Assembly: GCF_009914755.1 (NCBI RefSeq)
Contig: NC_060925.1
Source of the DNA: the human T2T-CHM13v2.0 reference genome, Homo sapiens
DNA: 64,000 nt
Strand: one strand, 5' to 3'
The notes beneath the pieces are model-generated. The model made no database searches and was not told where the DNA came from. It saw nothing but the letters and a program-made list of their open reading frames with translations. The position numbers and the translations under genes were made by a program. This document shows positions 42,201 to 56,900 of the stretch, in pieces; positions within the stretch are counted from its first letter, which is position 1, and each line of letters starts with the position of its first letter.

Positions 42201-45200
42201 GGTATCGAATGGTATCATTGAATGGAATCGAATGGAATCATCATCAGATGGAAATGAATGGAATCGTCATAGAATGGAATCGAATGGATTCATTGAATGG
42301 AATCAGATGGAATCATCGAATGGACTGGAATGGAATCATTGAATGGACTCGAAAGGGATCATTATTGAATGGAATTGAATGGAATCATCGAATGGTCTCG
42401 ATTGGAATCATTATCAAATGGAATCGAATGGAATCACCGAATAGAATCGAATGGAACAATCATCGAATGGACTCAAATGGAATTATCCTCAAATGGAATC
42501 GAATGGAATTATCGAATGCAATCGAATGGAATTATCGAATGCAATCGAATAGAATCATCGAATGGACTCGAATGGAATCATCGAATGGAATGGAATGGAA
42601 CAGTCAATGAACTCGAATGGAATCATCATTGAATGGAATCGAATGGAATCATCGAGTGGAATCGAATGAAATTATGATCAAATGGAATCGAATGTAATCA
42701 TCATCAAATGGAATCAAAAATAACCATCATCAATTGGTATTGAATGGAATTGTCATCAAATGGAATTCAAAGGAATCATCATCAAATGGAACCGAATGGA
42801 ATCCTGATTGAATGGAAATTAAAGGGGTCATCATCTAATGGAATCGCATGGAATCATCATCAAATGGAATCGAATGGAATCATCATCAAATGGAATCTAA
42901 TGGAATCATTGAACAGAATTGAATGGAATCGTCATCGAATGAATTGAATGCAATCATCGAATGGTCTCGAATGGAATCATCTTCTAATGGAAAGGAATGG
43001 AATCATCGCATAGAATCGAATGGAATTATCATCGAATGGAATCGAATGGTATCAACACCAAACGGAAAAAAACGGAATTATCGAATGGAATCGAAGAGAA
43101 TCTTCGAACGGACCCGAATGGAATCATCTAATGGAATGGAATGGAATAATCCATGGACTCGAATGCAATCATCATCGAATGGAATCGAATGGAATCATCG
43201 AATGGACTCGAATGGAATAATCATTGAACGGAATCGAATGGAATCATCATCGGATGGAAACGAATGGAATCATCATCGAATGGAATCGAATAGAATTATG
43301 GAATGAAATCCAGTGTGATCATCATCGAATGGACCCGAATGGAATCATCATCCAACGGAAGCTAATGGAATCAACATCGAATGAATCAAATGGAAACACC
43401 ATCGAATTGAAACGAATGGAATTACCATGAAATTGAAATGGATGGACTCATCATCTAATGGATTCGAATGGAATCATCGAATAAAATTGATTGAAATCAT
43501 CATCGAATGGAATCGAATGGTATCATTGAATGGAATCGAATGGAATCATCATCAGATGGAAATGAATGGAATCGTCATAGAATGGAATCGAATGGATTCA
43601 TTGAATGGAATCAGATGGAATCATCGAATGGACTGGAATGGAATCATTGAATGGACTCGAAAGGGATCATTATTGAATGGAATTGAATGGAATCATCGAA
43701 TGGTCTCGATTGGAATCATTATCAAATGGAATCGAATGGAATCACCGAATAGAATCGAATGGAACAATCATCGAATGGACTCGAATGGAATAATCATTGA
43801 ACGGAATCGAATGGAATCATCATCGGATGGAAACGAATGGAATCATCATCGAATGGAAATGAAAGGAGTCATCATCTAATGGAATTGCATGGAATCATCA
43901 TAAAATGGAATCGAATGGAATCAACATCAAATGGAATCAAATGGAATCATTGAACGGAATTGAATGGAATCGTCATCGAATGAATTGAATGCAATCATCG
44001 AATGGTCTCGAATGGAATCATCTTCAAATGGAATGGAATGGAATCATCGCATAGAATCGAATGGAATTATCATCGAATGGAATCGAATGGAATCAACATC
44101 AAACGGAAAAAAACGGAAGTATCGAATGGAATCGAAGAGAATCATCGAATGGACCCGAATGGAATCATCTAATGGAATGGAATGGAATAATCCATGGACT
44201 CGAATGCAATCATCATCGAACGGAATCGAATGGAATCATCGAATGGACTCGAATGGAATAATCATTGAACGGAATCGAATGGAATCATCATCGGATGGAA
44301 ACGAATGGAATCATCATCGAATGGAATCGAATAGAATTATGGAATGAAATCCAGTGTGATCATCATCGAATGGCCCCGAATGGAATCATCATCCAACGGA
44401 AGCTAATGGAATCAACATCGAATGAATCAAATGGAAACACCATCGAATTGAAACGAATGGAATTACCATGAAATTGAAATGGATGGACTCATCATCTAAT
44501 GGATTCGAATGGAATCATCGAATAAAATTGATTGAAATCATCATCGAATGGAATCGAATGGTATCATTGAATGGAATCGAATGGAATCATCATCAGATGG
44601 AAATGAATGGAATCGTCATAGAATGGAATCGAATGGATTCATTGAATGGAATCAGATGGAATCATCGAATGGACTGGAATGGAATCATTGAATGGACTCG
44701 AAAGGGATCATTATTCAATGGAATTGAATGGAATCATCGAATGGTCTCGATTGGAATCATTACTAAATGGAATCGAATGGAATCACCGAATAGAATCGAA
44801 TGGAACAATCATCGAATGGACTCAAATGGAATTATCCTCAAATGGAATCGAATGGAATTATCGAATGCAATCGAATGGAATTATCGAATGCAATCGAATA
44901 GAATCATCGAAAGGACTCGAATGGAATCATCGAATGGAATGGAATGGAACAGTCAATGAACTCGAATGGAATCATCATTGAATGGAATCGAATGGAATCA
45001 TCGAGTGGAATCGAATGGAATTATGATCAAATGGAATCGAATGTAATCATCATCAAATGGAATCAAAAATAACCATCATCAATTGGTATTGAATGGAATT
45101 GTCATCAAATGGAATTCAAAGGAATCATCATCAAATGGAACCGAATGGAATCCTGATTGAATGGAAATGAAAGGGGTCATCATCTGATGGAATCGCATGG

Positions 45201-48200
45201 AATCATCATCAAATGGAATCGAATGGAATCATCATCAAATGGAATCTAATGGAATCATTGAACAGAATTGAATGGAATCGTCATCGAATGAATTGAATGC
45301 AATCATCGAATGGTCTCGAATGGAATCATCTTCTAATGGAAAGGAATGGAATCATCGCATAGAATCGAATGGAATTATCATCGAATGGAATCGAATGGTA
45401 TCAACACCAAACGGAAAAAAACGGAATTATCGAATGGAATCGAAGAGAATCTTCGAACGGACCCGAATGGAATCATCTAATGGAATGGAATGGAATAATC
45501 CATGGACTCGAATGCAATCATCATCGAATGGAATCGAATGGAATCATCGAATGGACTCGAATGGAATAATCATTGAACGGAATCGAATGGAATCATCATC
45601 GGATGGAAACGAATGGAATCATCATCGAATGGAAATGAAAGGAGTCATCATCTAATGGAATTGCATGGAATCATCATAAAATGGAATCGAATGGAATCAA
45701 CATCAAATGGAATCAAATGGAATCATTGAACGGAATTGAATGGAATCGTCATCGAATGAATTGACTGCAATCATCGAATGGTCTCGAATGGAATCATCTT
45801 CAAATGGAATGGAATGGAATCATCGCATAGAATCGAATGGAATTATCATCGAATGGAATCGAATGGAATCAACATCAAACGGAAAAAAACAGAATTATCG
45901 TATGGAATCGAAGAGAATCATCGAATGGACCCGAATGGAATCATCTAATGGAATGGAATGGAATAATCCATGGACTCGAATGCAATCATCATCGAATGGA
46001 ATCGAATGGAATCATCGAATGGACTCGAATGGAATAATCATTGAACGGAATCGAATGGAATCATCATCGGATGGAAATGAATGGAATCATCATCGAATGG
46101 AATCGAATAGAATTATGGAATGAAATCCAGTGTGATCATCATCGAATGGACCCGAATGGAATCATCATCCAACGGAAGCTAATGGAATCAACATCGAATG
46201 AATCGATTGGAAACACCATCGAATTGAAACGAATGGAATTATCATGAAATTGAAATGGATGGACTCATCATCGAATGGATTCGAATGGAATCATCAAATA
46301 AAATTGATTGAAATCATCATCAAATGGAATCGAATGGTATCATTGAATGGAATCGAATGGAATCATCATCAGATGGAAATGAATGGAATCGTCATAGAAT
46401 GGAATCGAATGGATTCATTGAATGGAATCAGATGGAATCATCGAATGGACTGGAATTGAATCATTGAATGGACTCGAAAGGGATCATTATTGAATGGAAT
46501 TGAATGGAATCATCGAATGGTCTCGATTGGAATCATTACCAAATGGAATCGAATGGAATCACCGAATAGAATCGAATGGAACAATCATCGAATGGACTCA
46601 AATGGAATTATCCTCAAATGGAATCGAATGGAATTATCAAATGCAATCGAATGGAATTATCGAATGCAATCGAATAGAATCATCGAAAGGACTCGAATGG
46701 AATCATCGAATGGAATGGAATGGAACAGTCAATGAACTCCAATGGAATCATCATTGAATGGAATCGAATGGAATCATCGAGTGGAATCGAATGGAATTAT
46801 GATCAAATGGAATCGAATGTAATCATCATCAAATGGAATCAAAAATAACCATCATCAATTGGTATTGAATGGAATTGTCATCAAATGGAATTCAAAGGAA
46901 TCATCATCAAATGGAACCGAATGGAATCCTGATTGAATGGAAATGACAGGGGTCATCATCTGATGGAATCGCATGGAATCATCATCAAATGGAATCGAAT
47001 GGAATCATCATCAAATGGAATCTAATGGAATCATTGAACAGAATTGAATGGAATCGTCATCGAATGAATTGAATGCAATCATCGAATGGTCTCGAATGGA
47101 ATCATCTTCTAATGGAAAGGAATGGAATCATCGCATAGAATCGAATGGAATTATCATCGAATGGAATCGAATGGTATCAACACCAAACGGAAAAAAACGG
47201 AATTATCGAATGGAATCGAAGAGAATCTTCGAACGGACCCGAATGGAATCATCTAATGGAATGGAATGGAATAATCCATGGACTCGAATGCAATCATCAT
47301 CGAATGGAATCGAATGGAATCATCGAATGGACTCGAATGGAATAATCATTGAACGGAATCGAATGGAATCATCATCGGATGGAAACGAATGGAATCATCA
47401 TCGAATGGAAATGAAAGGAGTCATCATCTAATGGAATTGCATGGAATCATCATAAAATGGAATCGAATGGAATCAACATCAAATGGAATCAAATGGAATC
47501 ATTGAACGGAATTGAATGGAATCGTCATCGAATGAATTGACTGCAATCATCGAATGGTCTCGAATGGAATCATCTTCAAATGGAATGGAATGGAATCATC
47601 GCATAGAATCGAATGGAATTATCATCGAATGGAATCGAATGGTATCAACACCAAACGGAAAAAAAACGGAATTATCGAATGGAATCGAAGAGAATCTTCG
47701 AACGGACCCGAATGGAATCATCTAATGGAATGGAATGGAATGATCCATAGACTCGAATGCAATCATCATCGAATGGAATCGAATGGAATCATCGAATGGA
47801 CTCGAATGGAATAATCATTGAACGGAATCGAATGGAATCATCATCGGATGGAAACGAATGGAATCATCATCGAATGGAAATGAAAGGAGTCATCATCTAA
47901 TGGAATTGCATGGAATCATCATAAAATGGAATCGAATGGAATCAACATCAAATGGAATCAAATGGAATCATTGAACGGAATTGAATGGAATCGTCATCGA
48001 ATGCATTGACTGCAATCATCGAATGGTCTCGAATGGAATCATCTTCAAATGGAATGGAATGCAATCATCGCATAGAATCGAATGGAATTATCATCGAATG
48101 GAATCGAATGGAATCAACATCAAACGGAAAAAAACAGAATTATCGTATGGAATCGAAGAGAATCATCGAATGGACCCGAATGGAATCATCTAATGGAATG

Positions 48201-49171
48201 GAATGGAATAATCCATGGACTCGAATGCAATCATCATCGAATGGAATCGAATGGAATCATCGAATGGACTCGAATGGAATAATCATTGAACGGAATCGAA
48301 TGGAATCATCATCGGATGGAAATGAATGGAATCATCATCCAATGGAATCGAATAGAATTATGGAATGAAATCCAGTGTGATCATCATCGAATGGACCCGA
48401 ATGGAATCATCATCCAACGGAAGCTAATGGAATCAACATCGAATGAATCGAATGGAAACACCATCGAATTGAAACGAATGGAATTATCATGAAATTGAAA
48501 TGGATGGACTCATCATCGAATGGATTCGAATGGAATCATCGAATAAAATTGATTGAAATCATCATCAAATGGAATCGAATGGTATCATTGAATGGAATCG
48601 AATGGAATCATCATCAGATGGAAATGAATGGAATCGTCATAGAATGGAATCGAATGGATTCATTGAATGGAATCAGATGGAATCATCGAATGGACTGGAA
48701 TGGAATCATTGAATGGACTCGAAAGGGATCATTATTGAATGGAATTGAATGGAATCATCGAATGGTCTCGATTGGAATCATTATCAAATGGAATCGAATG
48801 GAATCACCGAATAGAATCGAATGGAACAATCATCGAATGGACTCAAATGGAATTATCCTCAAATGGAATCGAATGGAATTATCGAATGCAATCGAATGGA
48901 ATTATCGAATGCAATCGAATAGAATCATCGAATGGACTCGAATGGAATCATCGAATGGAATGGAATGGAACAGTCAATGAACTCGAATGGAATCATCATT
49001 GAATGGAATCGAATGGAATCATCGAGTGGAATCGAATGGAATTATGATCAAATGGAATCGAATGTAATCATCATCAAATGGAATCAAAAATAACCATCAT
49101 CAATTGGTATTGAATGGAATTGTCATCAAATGGAATTCAAAGGAATCATCATCAAATGGAACCGAATGGAA

Positions 49172-52100
49172 GCCTCATTGAATGGAAATGAAAGGGGTCA
49201 TCATCTAATGGAATCGCATGGAATCATCATCAAATGGAATCGAATGGAATCATCATCAAATGGAATCTAATGGAATCATTGAACAGAATTGAATGGAATC
49301 GTCATCGAATGAATTGAATGCAATCATCGAATGGTCTCGAATGGAATCATCTTCTAATGGAAAGGAATGGAATCATCGCATAGAATCGAATGGAATTATC
49401 ATCGAATGGAATCGAATGGTATCAACACCAAACGGAAAAAAACGGAATTATCGAATGGAATCGAAGAGAATCTTCGAACGGACCCGAATGGAATCATCTA
49501 ATGGAATGGAACGGAATAATCCATGGACTCGAATGCAATCATCATCGAATGGAATCGAATGGAATCATCGAATGGACTCGAATGGAATAATCATTGAACG
49601 GAATCGAATGGAATCATCATCGGATGGAAACGAATGGAATCATCATCCAATGGAAATGAAAGGAGTCATCATCTAATGGAATTGCATGGAATCATCATAA
49701 AATGGAATCGAATGGAATCAACATCAAATGGAATCAAATGGAATAATTGAACGGAATTGAATGGAATCGTCATCGAATGAATTGAATGCAATCATCGAAT
49801 GGTCTAGAATTGAATCATCTTCAAATGGAATGGAATGGAATCATCGCATAGAATCGAATGGAAGTATCATCGAATGGAATCGAATGGAATCAACATCAAA
49901 CGGAAAAAAACGGAATTATCGAATGGAATCGAAGAGAATCATCGAATGGACCCGAATGGAATCATCTAATGGAATGGAATGGAATAATCCATGCACTCGA
50001 ATGCAATCATCATCGAATGGAATCGAATGGAATCATCGAATGGACTCGAATGGAATAATCATTGAACGGAATCGAATGGAATCATCATCGGATGGAAATG
50101 AATGGAATCATCATCGAATGGAATCGAATAGAATTATGGAATGAAATCCAGTGTGATCATCATCGAATGGACCCGAATGGAATCATCATCCAACTGAAGC
50201 TAATGGAATCAACATCGAATGAATCGAATGGAAACACCATCGAATTGAAACGAATGGAATTATCATGAAATTGAAATGGATGGACTCATCATCGAATGGA
50301 TTCGAATGGAATCATCGAATAAAATTGATTGAAATCATCATCCAATGGAATCGAATGGTATCATTGAATGGAATCGAATGGAATCATCATCAGATGGAAA
50401 TGAATGGAATCGTCATAGAATGGAATCGAATGGATTCATTGAATGGAATCAGATGGAATCATCGAATGGACTGGAATGGAATCATTGAATGGACTCGAAA
50501 GGGATCATGATTGAATGGAATTGAATGGAATCATCGAATGGTCTCGATTGGAATCATTAACAAATGGAATCGAATGGAATCACCGAATAGAATCGAATGG
50601 AACAATCATCGAATGGACTCAAATGGAATTATCCTCCAATGGAATCGAATGGAATTATCGAATGCAATCGAATGGAATTATCGAATGCAATCGAATAGAA
50701 TCATCGAATGGACTCGAATGGAATCATCGAATGGAATGGAATGGAACAGTCAAGGAACTCGAATGGAATCATCATTGAATGGAATCGAATGGAATCATCG
50801 AGTGGAATCGAATGGAAATATGATCAAATGGAATCGAATATAATCATCATCAAATGGAATCAAAAATAACCATCATTAATTGGTATTGAATGGAATTCTC
50901 ATCAAATGGAATTCAAAGGAATCATCATCAAATGGAACTGAATGGAATCCTCATTGAATGGAAATGAAAGGGGTCATCATCTAATGGAATCGCATGGAAT
51001 CATCATCAAATGGAATCGAATGGAATCATCATCAAATGGAATCTGATGGAATCATTGAACAGAATTGAATGGAATCGTCATCGAATGAATTGAATGCAAT
51101 CATCGAATGGTCTCGAATGTAATCACATTCTAATGGAAAGGAATGGAATCATCGCATAGAATCGAATGGAATTAACATTGAATGGACTCGAATGGAATCA
51201 ACATCAAACGGAATCAAGCGGAATTATCGAATGGAATCGAAGAGAATCATCGAATGGTCTCGAATGGAATCATCTTCTAATGGAAAGGAATGGAATCATC
51301 GCATAGAATCGAATGGAATTAACATTGAATGGACTCGAATGGAATCAACATCAAATGAAATCAAGCGGAATTATCGAATGAAATCGAAGAGAATCATCGA
51401 ATGGACTCGAATGGAATCATCTAATGGAATGGAATGGAATAATCCACGGACTCGAATGCAATCATCATTGTATAGAATCGAATGGAATCATCGAATGGAC
51501 TCGAATGGAATAACCATTGAACGGAATAGAATGGAATCATCATCGGAAGGAAACGAATGGAATCATCATCGAATGGAAATGTAAGGAGTCATCATCTAAT
51601 GGAATTGCATGGAATCATCATAAAATGGAATCGAATGGAATCATCATCAAATGGAATCAAATGGAATCATTGAACGGAATTGAATGGAATCGTCATCGAA
51701 TGAATTGAATGCAATCATCGAATGGTCTCGAATGGAATCATCTTCAAATGGAATGGAATGGAATCATCGCATAGAATCGAATGGAATTATCATCGAATGG
51801 AATTGAATGGTATCAACATCAAACGGAAAAAAACGGAATTATCGAATGGAATCGAAGAGAATCTTCGAACGGACCCGAAAGGAATCATCTAATGGAATGG
51901 AATGGAATAATCCATGGACTCGAATGCAATCATCATCGAATGGAATCGAATGGAATCATTGAATGGACTCGAATGGAATAATCATTGAACGGAATCGAAT
52001 GGAATCATCATCGGATGGAAATGAATGGAATCATCATCGAATGGAATCGAATAGAATTATGGAATGAAATCCAGTGTGATCATCATCGAATGGACCCGAA

Positions 52101-55100
52101 TGGAATCATCATCCAACGGAAGCTAATGGAATCAACATCGAATGAATCGAATGGAAACACCATCGAATTGAAACGAATGGAATTATCATGAAATTGAAAT
52201 GGATGGACTCATCATCGAATGGATTCGAATGGAATCATCGAATAAAATTGATTGAAATCATCATCGAATGGAATCGAATGGTATCATTGAATGGAATCGA
52301 ATGGAATCGTCATCAGATGGAAATGAATGGAATCCTCATAGAATGGAATCGAATGGATTCATTGAATAGAATCAGATGGAATCATCGAATGGACTGGAAT
52401 GGAATCATTGAATGGACTCGAAAGGGATCATTATTGAATGGAATTGAATGGAATCATCGAATGGTCTCGATTGGAATCATTATCAAATGGAATCGAATGG
52501 AATCACCGAATAGAATCGAATGGAACAATCATCGAATGGACTCAAATGGAATTATCCTCAAATGGAATCGAATGGAATTATCGAATGCAATCGAATGGAA
52601 TTATCGAATGCAATCGAATAGAATCATCGAAAGGACTCGAATGGAATCATCGAATGGAATGGAATGGAACAGTCAATGAACTCGAATGGAATCATCATTG
52701 AATGGAATCGAATGGAATCATCGAGTGGAATCGAATGGAATTATGATCAAATGGAATCGAATGTAATCATCATCAAATGGAATCAAAAATAACCATCATC
52801 AATTGGTATTGAATGGAATTGTCATCAAATGGAATTCAAAGGAATCATCATCAAATGGAACCGAATGGAAGCCTCATTGAATGGAAATGAAAGGGGTCAT
52901 CATCTAATGGAATCGCATGGAGTCATCATCAAATGGAATCGAATGGAATCATCATCAAATGGAATCTAATGGAATCATTGAACAGAATTGAATGGAATCG
53001 TCATCGAATGAATTGAATGCAATCATCGAATGGTCTCGAATGGAATCATCTTCTAATGGAAAGGAATGGAATCATCGCATAGAATCGAATGGAATTATCA
53101 TCGAATGGAATCGAATGGTATCAACACCAAACGGAAAAAAACGGAATTATCGAATGGAATCGAAGAGAATCTTCGAACGGACCCGAATTTAATGATCTAA
53201 TGGAATGGAATGGAATAATCCATGGACTCGAATGCAATCATCATCGAATGGAATCGAATGGAATCATCGAATGGACTCGAATGGAATAATCATTGAACGG
53301 AATTGAATGGAATCATCATCGGATGGAAACGAATGGAATCATCATCCAATGGAAATGAAAGGAGTCATCATCTAATGGAATTGCATGGAATCATCATAAA
53401 ATGGAATCGAATGGAATCAACATCAAATGGAATCAAATGGAATAATTGAACGGAATTGAATGGAATCGTCTTCGAATGAATTGAATGCAATCATCGAATG
53501 GTCTAGAATTGAATCATCTTCAAATGGAATGGAATGGAATCATCGCATAGAATCGAATGGAAGTATCATCGAATGGAATCGAATGGAATCAACATCAAAC
53601 GGAAAAAAACGGAATTATCGAATGGAATCGAAGAGAATCATCGAATGGACCCGAATGGAATCATCTAATGGAATGGAATGGAATAATCCATGGACTCGAA
53701 TGCAATCATCATCGAATGGAATCGAATGGAATCATCGAATGGACTCGAATGGAATAATCATTGAACGGAATCGAATGGAATCATCATCGGATGGAAATGA
53801 ATGGAATCATCATCGAATGGAATCGAATAGAATTATGGAATGAAATCCAGTGTGATCATCATCGAATGGACCCGAATGGAATCATCATTCAACGGAAGCT
53901 AATGGAATCAACATCGAATGAATCGAATGGAAACACCATCGAATTGAAACGAATGGAATTATCATGAAATTGAAATGGATGGACTCATCATCGAATGGAT
54001 TCGAATGGAATCATCGAATAAAATTGATTGAAATCATCATCCAATGGAATCGAATGGTATCATTGAATGGAATCGAATGGAATCATCATCAGATGGAAAT
54101 GAATGGAATCGTCATAGAATGGAATCGAATGGATTCATTGAATGGAATCAGATGGAATCATCGAATGGACTGGAATGGAATCATTGAATGGACTCGAAAG
54201 GGATCATGATTGAATGGAATTGAATGGAATCATCGAATGGTCTCGATTGGAATCATTAACAAATGGAATCGAATGGAATCACCGAATAGAATCGAATGGA
54301 ACAATCATCGAATGGACTCAAATGGAATTATCCTCCAATGGAATCGAATGGAATTATCGAATGCAATCGAATGGAATTATCGAATGCAATCGAATAGAAT
54401 CATCGAATGGACTCGAATGGAATCATCGAATGGAATGGAATGGAACAGTCAAGGAACTCGAATGGAATCATCATTGAATGGAATCGAATGGAATCATCGA
54501 GTGGAATCGAATGGAAATATGATCAAATGGAATCGAATATAATCATCATCAAATGGAATCAAAAATAACCATCATTAATTGGTATTGAATGGAATTCTCA
54601 TCAAATGGAATTCAAAGGAATCATCATCAAATGGAACTGAATGGAATCCTCATTGAATGGAAATGAAAGGGGTCATCATCTAATGGAATCGCATGGAATC
54701 ATCATCAAATGGAATCGAATGGAATCATCATCAAATGGAATCTGATGGAATCATTGAACAGAATTGAATGGAATCGTCATCGAATGAATTGAATGCAATC
54801 ATCGAATGGTCTCGAATGTAATCACATTCTAATGGAAAGGAATGGAATCATCGCATAGAATCGAATGGAATTAACATTGAATGGACTCGAATGGAATCAA
54901 CATCAAACGGAATCAAGCGGAATTATCGAATGGAATCGAAGAGAATCATCGAATGGTCTCGAATGGAATCATCTTCTAATGGAAAGGAATGGAATCATCG
55001 CATAGAATCGAATGGAATTAACATTGAATGGACTCGAATGGAATCAACATCAAATGGAATCAAGCGGAATTATCGAATGAAATCGAAGAGAATCATCGAA

Positions 55101-56900
55101 TGGACTCGAATGGAATCATCTAATGGAATGGAATGGAATAATCCACGGACTCGAATGCAATCATCATTGTATAGAATCGAATGGAATCATCGAATGGACT
55201 CGAATGGAATAAACATTGAACGGAATAGAATGGAATCATCATCGGAAGGAAACGAATGGAATCATCATCGAATGGAAATATAAGGAGTCATCATCTAATG
55301 GAATTGCATGGAATCATCATAAAATGGAATCGAATGGAATCATCATCAAATGGAATCAAATGGAATCATTGAACGGAATTGAATGGAATCGTCATCGAAT
55401 GAATTGAATGCAATCATCGAATGGTCTCGAATGGAATCATCTTCAAATGGAATGGAATGGAATCATCGCATAGAATCGAATGGAATTATCATCGAATGGA
55501 ATCGAATGGAATCAACATCAAACGGAAAAAAACGGAATTATCGAATGGAATCGAAGAGAATCTTCGAACGGACCCGAAAGGAATCATCTAATGGAATGGA
55601 ATGGAATAATCCATGGACTCGAATGCAATCATCATCGAATGGAATCGAATGGAATCATTGAATGGACTCGAATGGAATAATCATTGAACGGAATCGAATG
55701 GAATCATCATCGGATGGAAATGAATGGAATCATCATCGAATGGAATCGAATAGAATTATGGAATGAAATCCAGTGTGATCATCATCGAATGGACCCGAAT
55801 GGAATCATCATCCAACGGAAGCTAATGGAATCAACATCGAATGAATCGAATGGAAACACCATCGAATTGAAACGAATGGAATTATCATGAAATTGAAATG
55901 GATGGACTCATCATCGAATGGATTCGAATGGAATCATCGAATAAAATTGATTGAAATCATCATCGAATGGAATCGAATGGTATCATTGAATGGAATCGAA
56001 TGGAATCGTCATCAGATGGAAATGAATGGAATCGTCATAGAATGGAATCGAATGGATTCATTGAATAGAATCAGATGGAATCATCGAATGGACTGGAATG
56101 GAATCATTGAATGGACTCGAAAGGGATCATTATTGAATGGAATTGAATGGAATCATCGAATGGTCTCGATTGGAATCATTATCAAATGGAATCGAATGGA
56201 ATCACCGAATAGAATCGAATGGAACAATCATCGAATGGACTCAAATGGAATTATCCTCAAATGGAATCGAATGGAATTATCGAATGCAATCGAATGGAAT
56301 TATCGAATGCAATCGAATAGAATCATCGAAAGGACTCGAATGGAATCATCGAATGGAATGGAATGGAACAGTCAATGAACTCGAATGGAATCATCATTGA
56401 ATGGAATCGAATGGAATCATCGAGTGGAATCGAATGGAATTATGATCAAATGGAATCGAATGTAATCATCATCAAATGGAATCAAAAATAACCATCATCA
56501 ATTGGTATTGAATGGAATTGTCATCAAATGGAATTCAAAGGAATCATCATCAAATGGAACCGAATGGAATCCTCATTGAATGGAAATGAAAGGGGTCATC
56601 ATCTAATGGAATCGCATGGAATCATCATCAAATGGAATCGAATGGAATCATCATCAAATGGAATCTAATGGAATCATTGAAAAGAATTGAATGGAATCAT
56701 CATCGAATGAATTGAATGCAACCATCGAAAGGTCTCGAATGGAATCATCTTCTAATGGAAAGGAATGGAATCATCGCATAGAATCGAATGGAATTATCAT
56801 CGAATGGAATCGAATGGTATCAACACCAAACGGAAAAAAACGGAATTATCGAATGGAATCGAAGAGAATCTTCGAACGGACCCGAATTTAATGATCTAAT
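49172..56900 (+). repeat. Recent 3699-bp tandem duplication (1776+1923 dimer)
   Basis: Variants repeat at +3699: GGAAGCCTC (49172/52871), GGTCTAGAATTG (~49801/53500), CAAGGAACTC (~50751/54450), the 147-bp insertion (51111/54810) and CATTGAATAGAATCAG (~52360/56059). Confidence 0.92.
51111..51404 (+). repeat. 147-bp internal tandem duplication (repeated at 54810-55103)
   Basis: TCTCGAATG...AAGAGAATCATCGAATGG starts at 51111 and again at 51258. Units 50265-52188 and 53964-55887 are 1923 = 1776+147. Confidence 0.9.

Noticed and set aside
47655-47670. A8 instead of A7 in GGAAAAAAACGG, and poly-A-like runs generally
   Set aside because: This is a 1-bp homopolymer slip or sequencing error. The runs are integral to the module and are not retrotransposon tails (no target-site duplication or element body).
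51111-51257. 147-bp duplication equal to nucleosome core length
   Set aside because: It is adequately explained as 3x49-bp sub-repeat register with flanking homology (AATCATCGAATGG). It is a single ancestral event, so there is no evidence for nucleosome-guided sizing.
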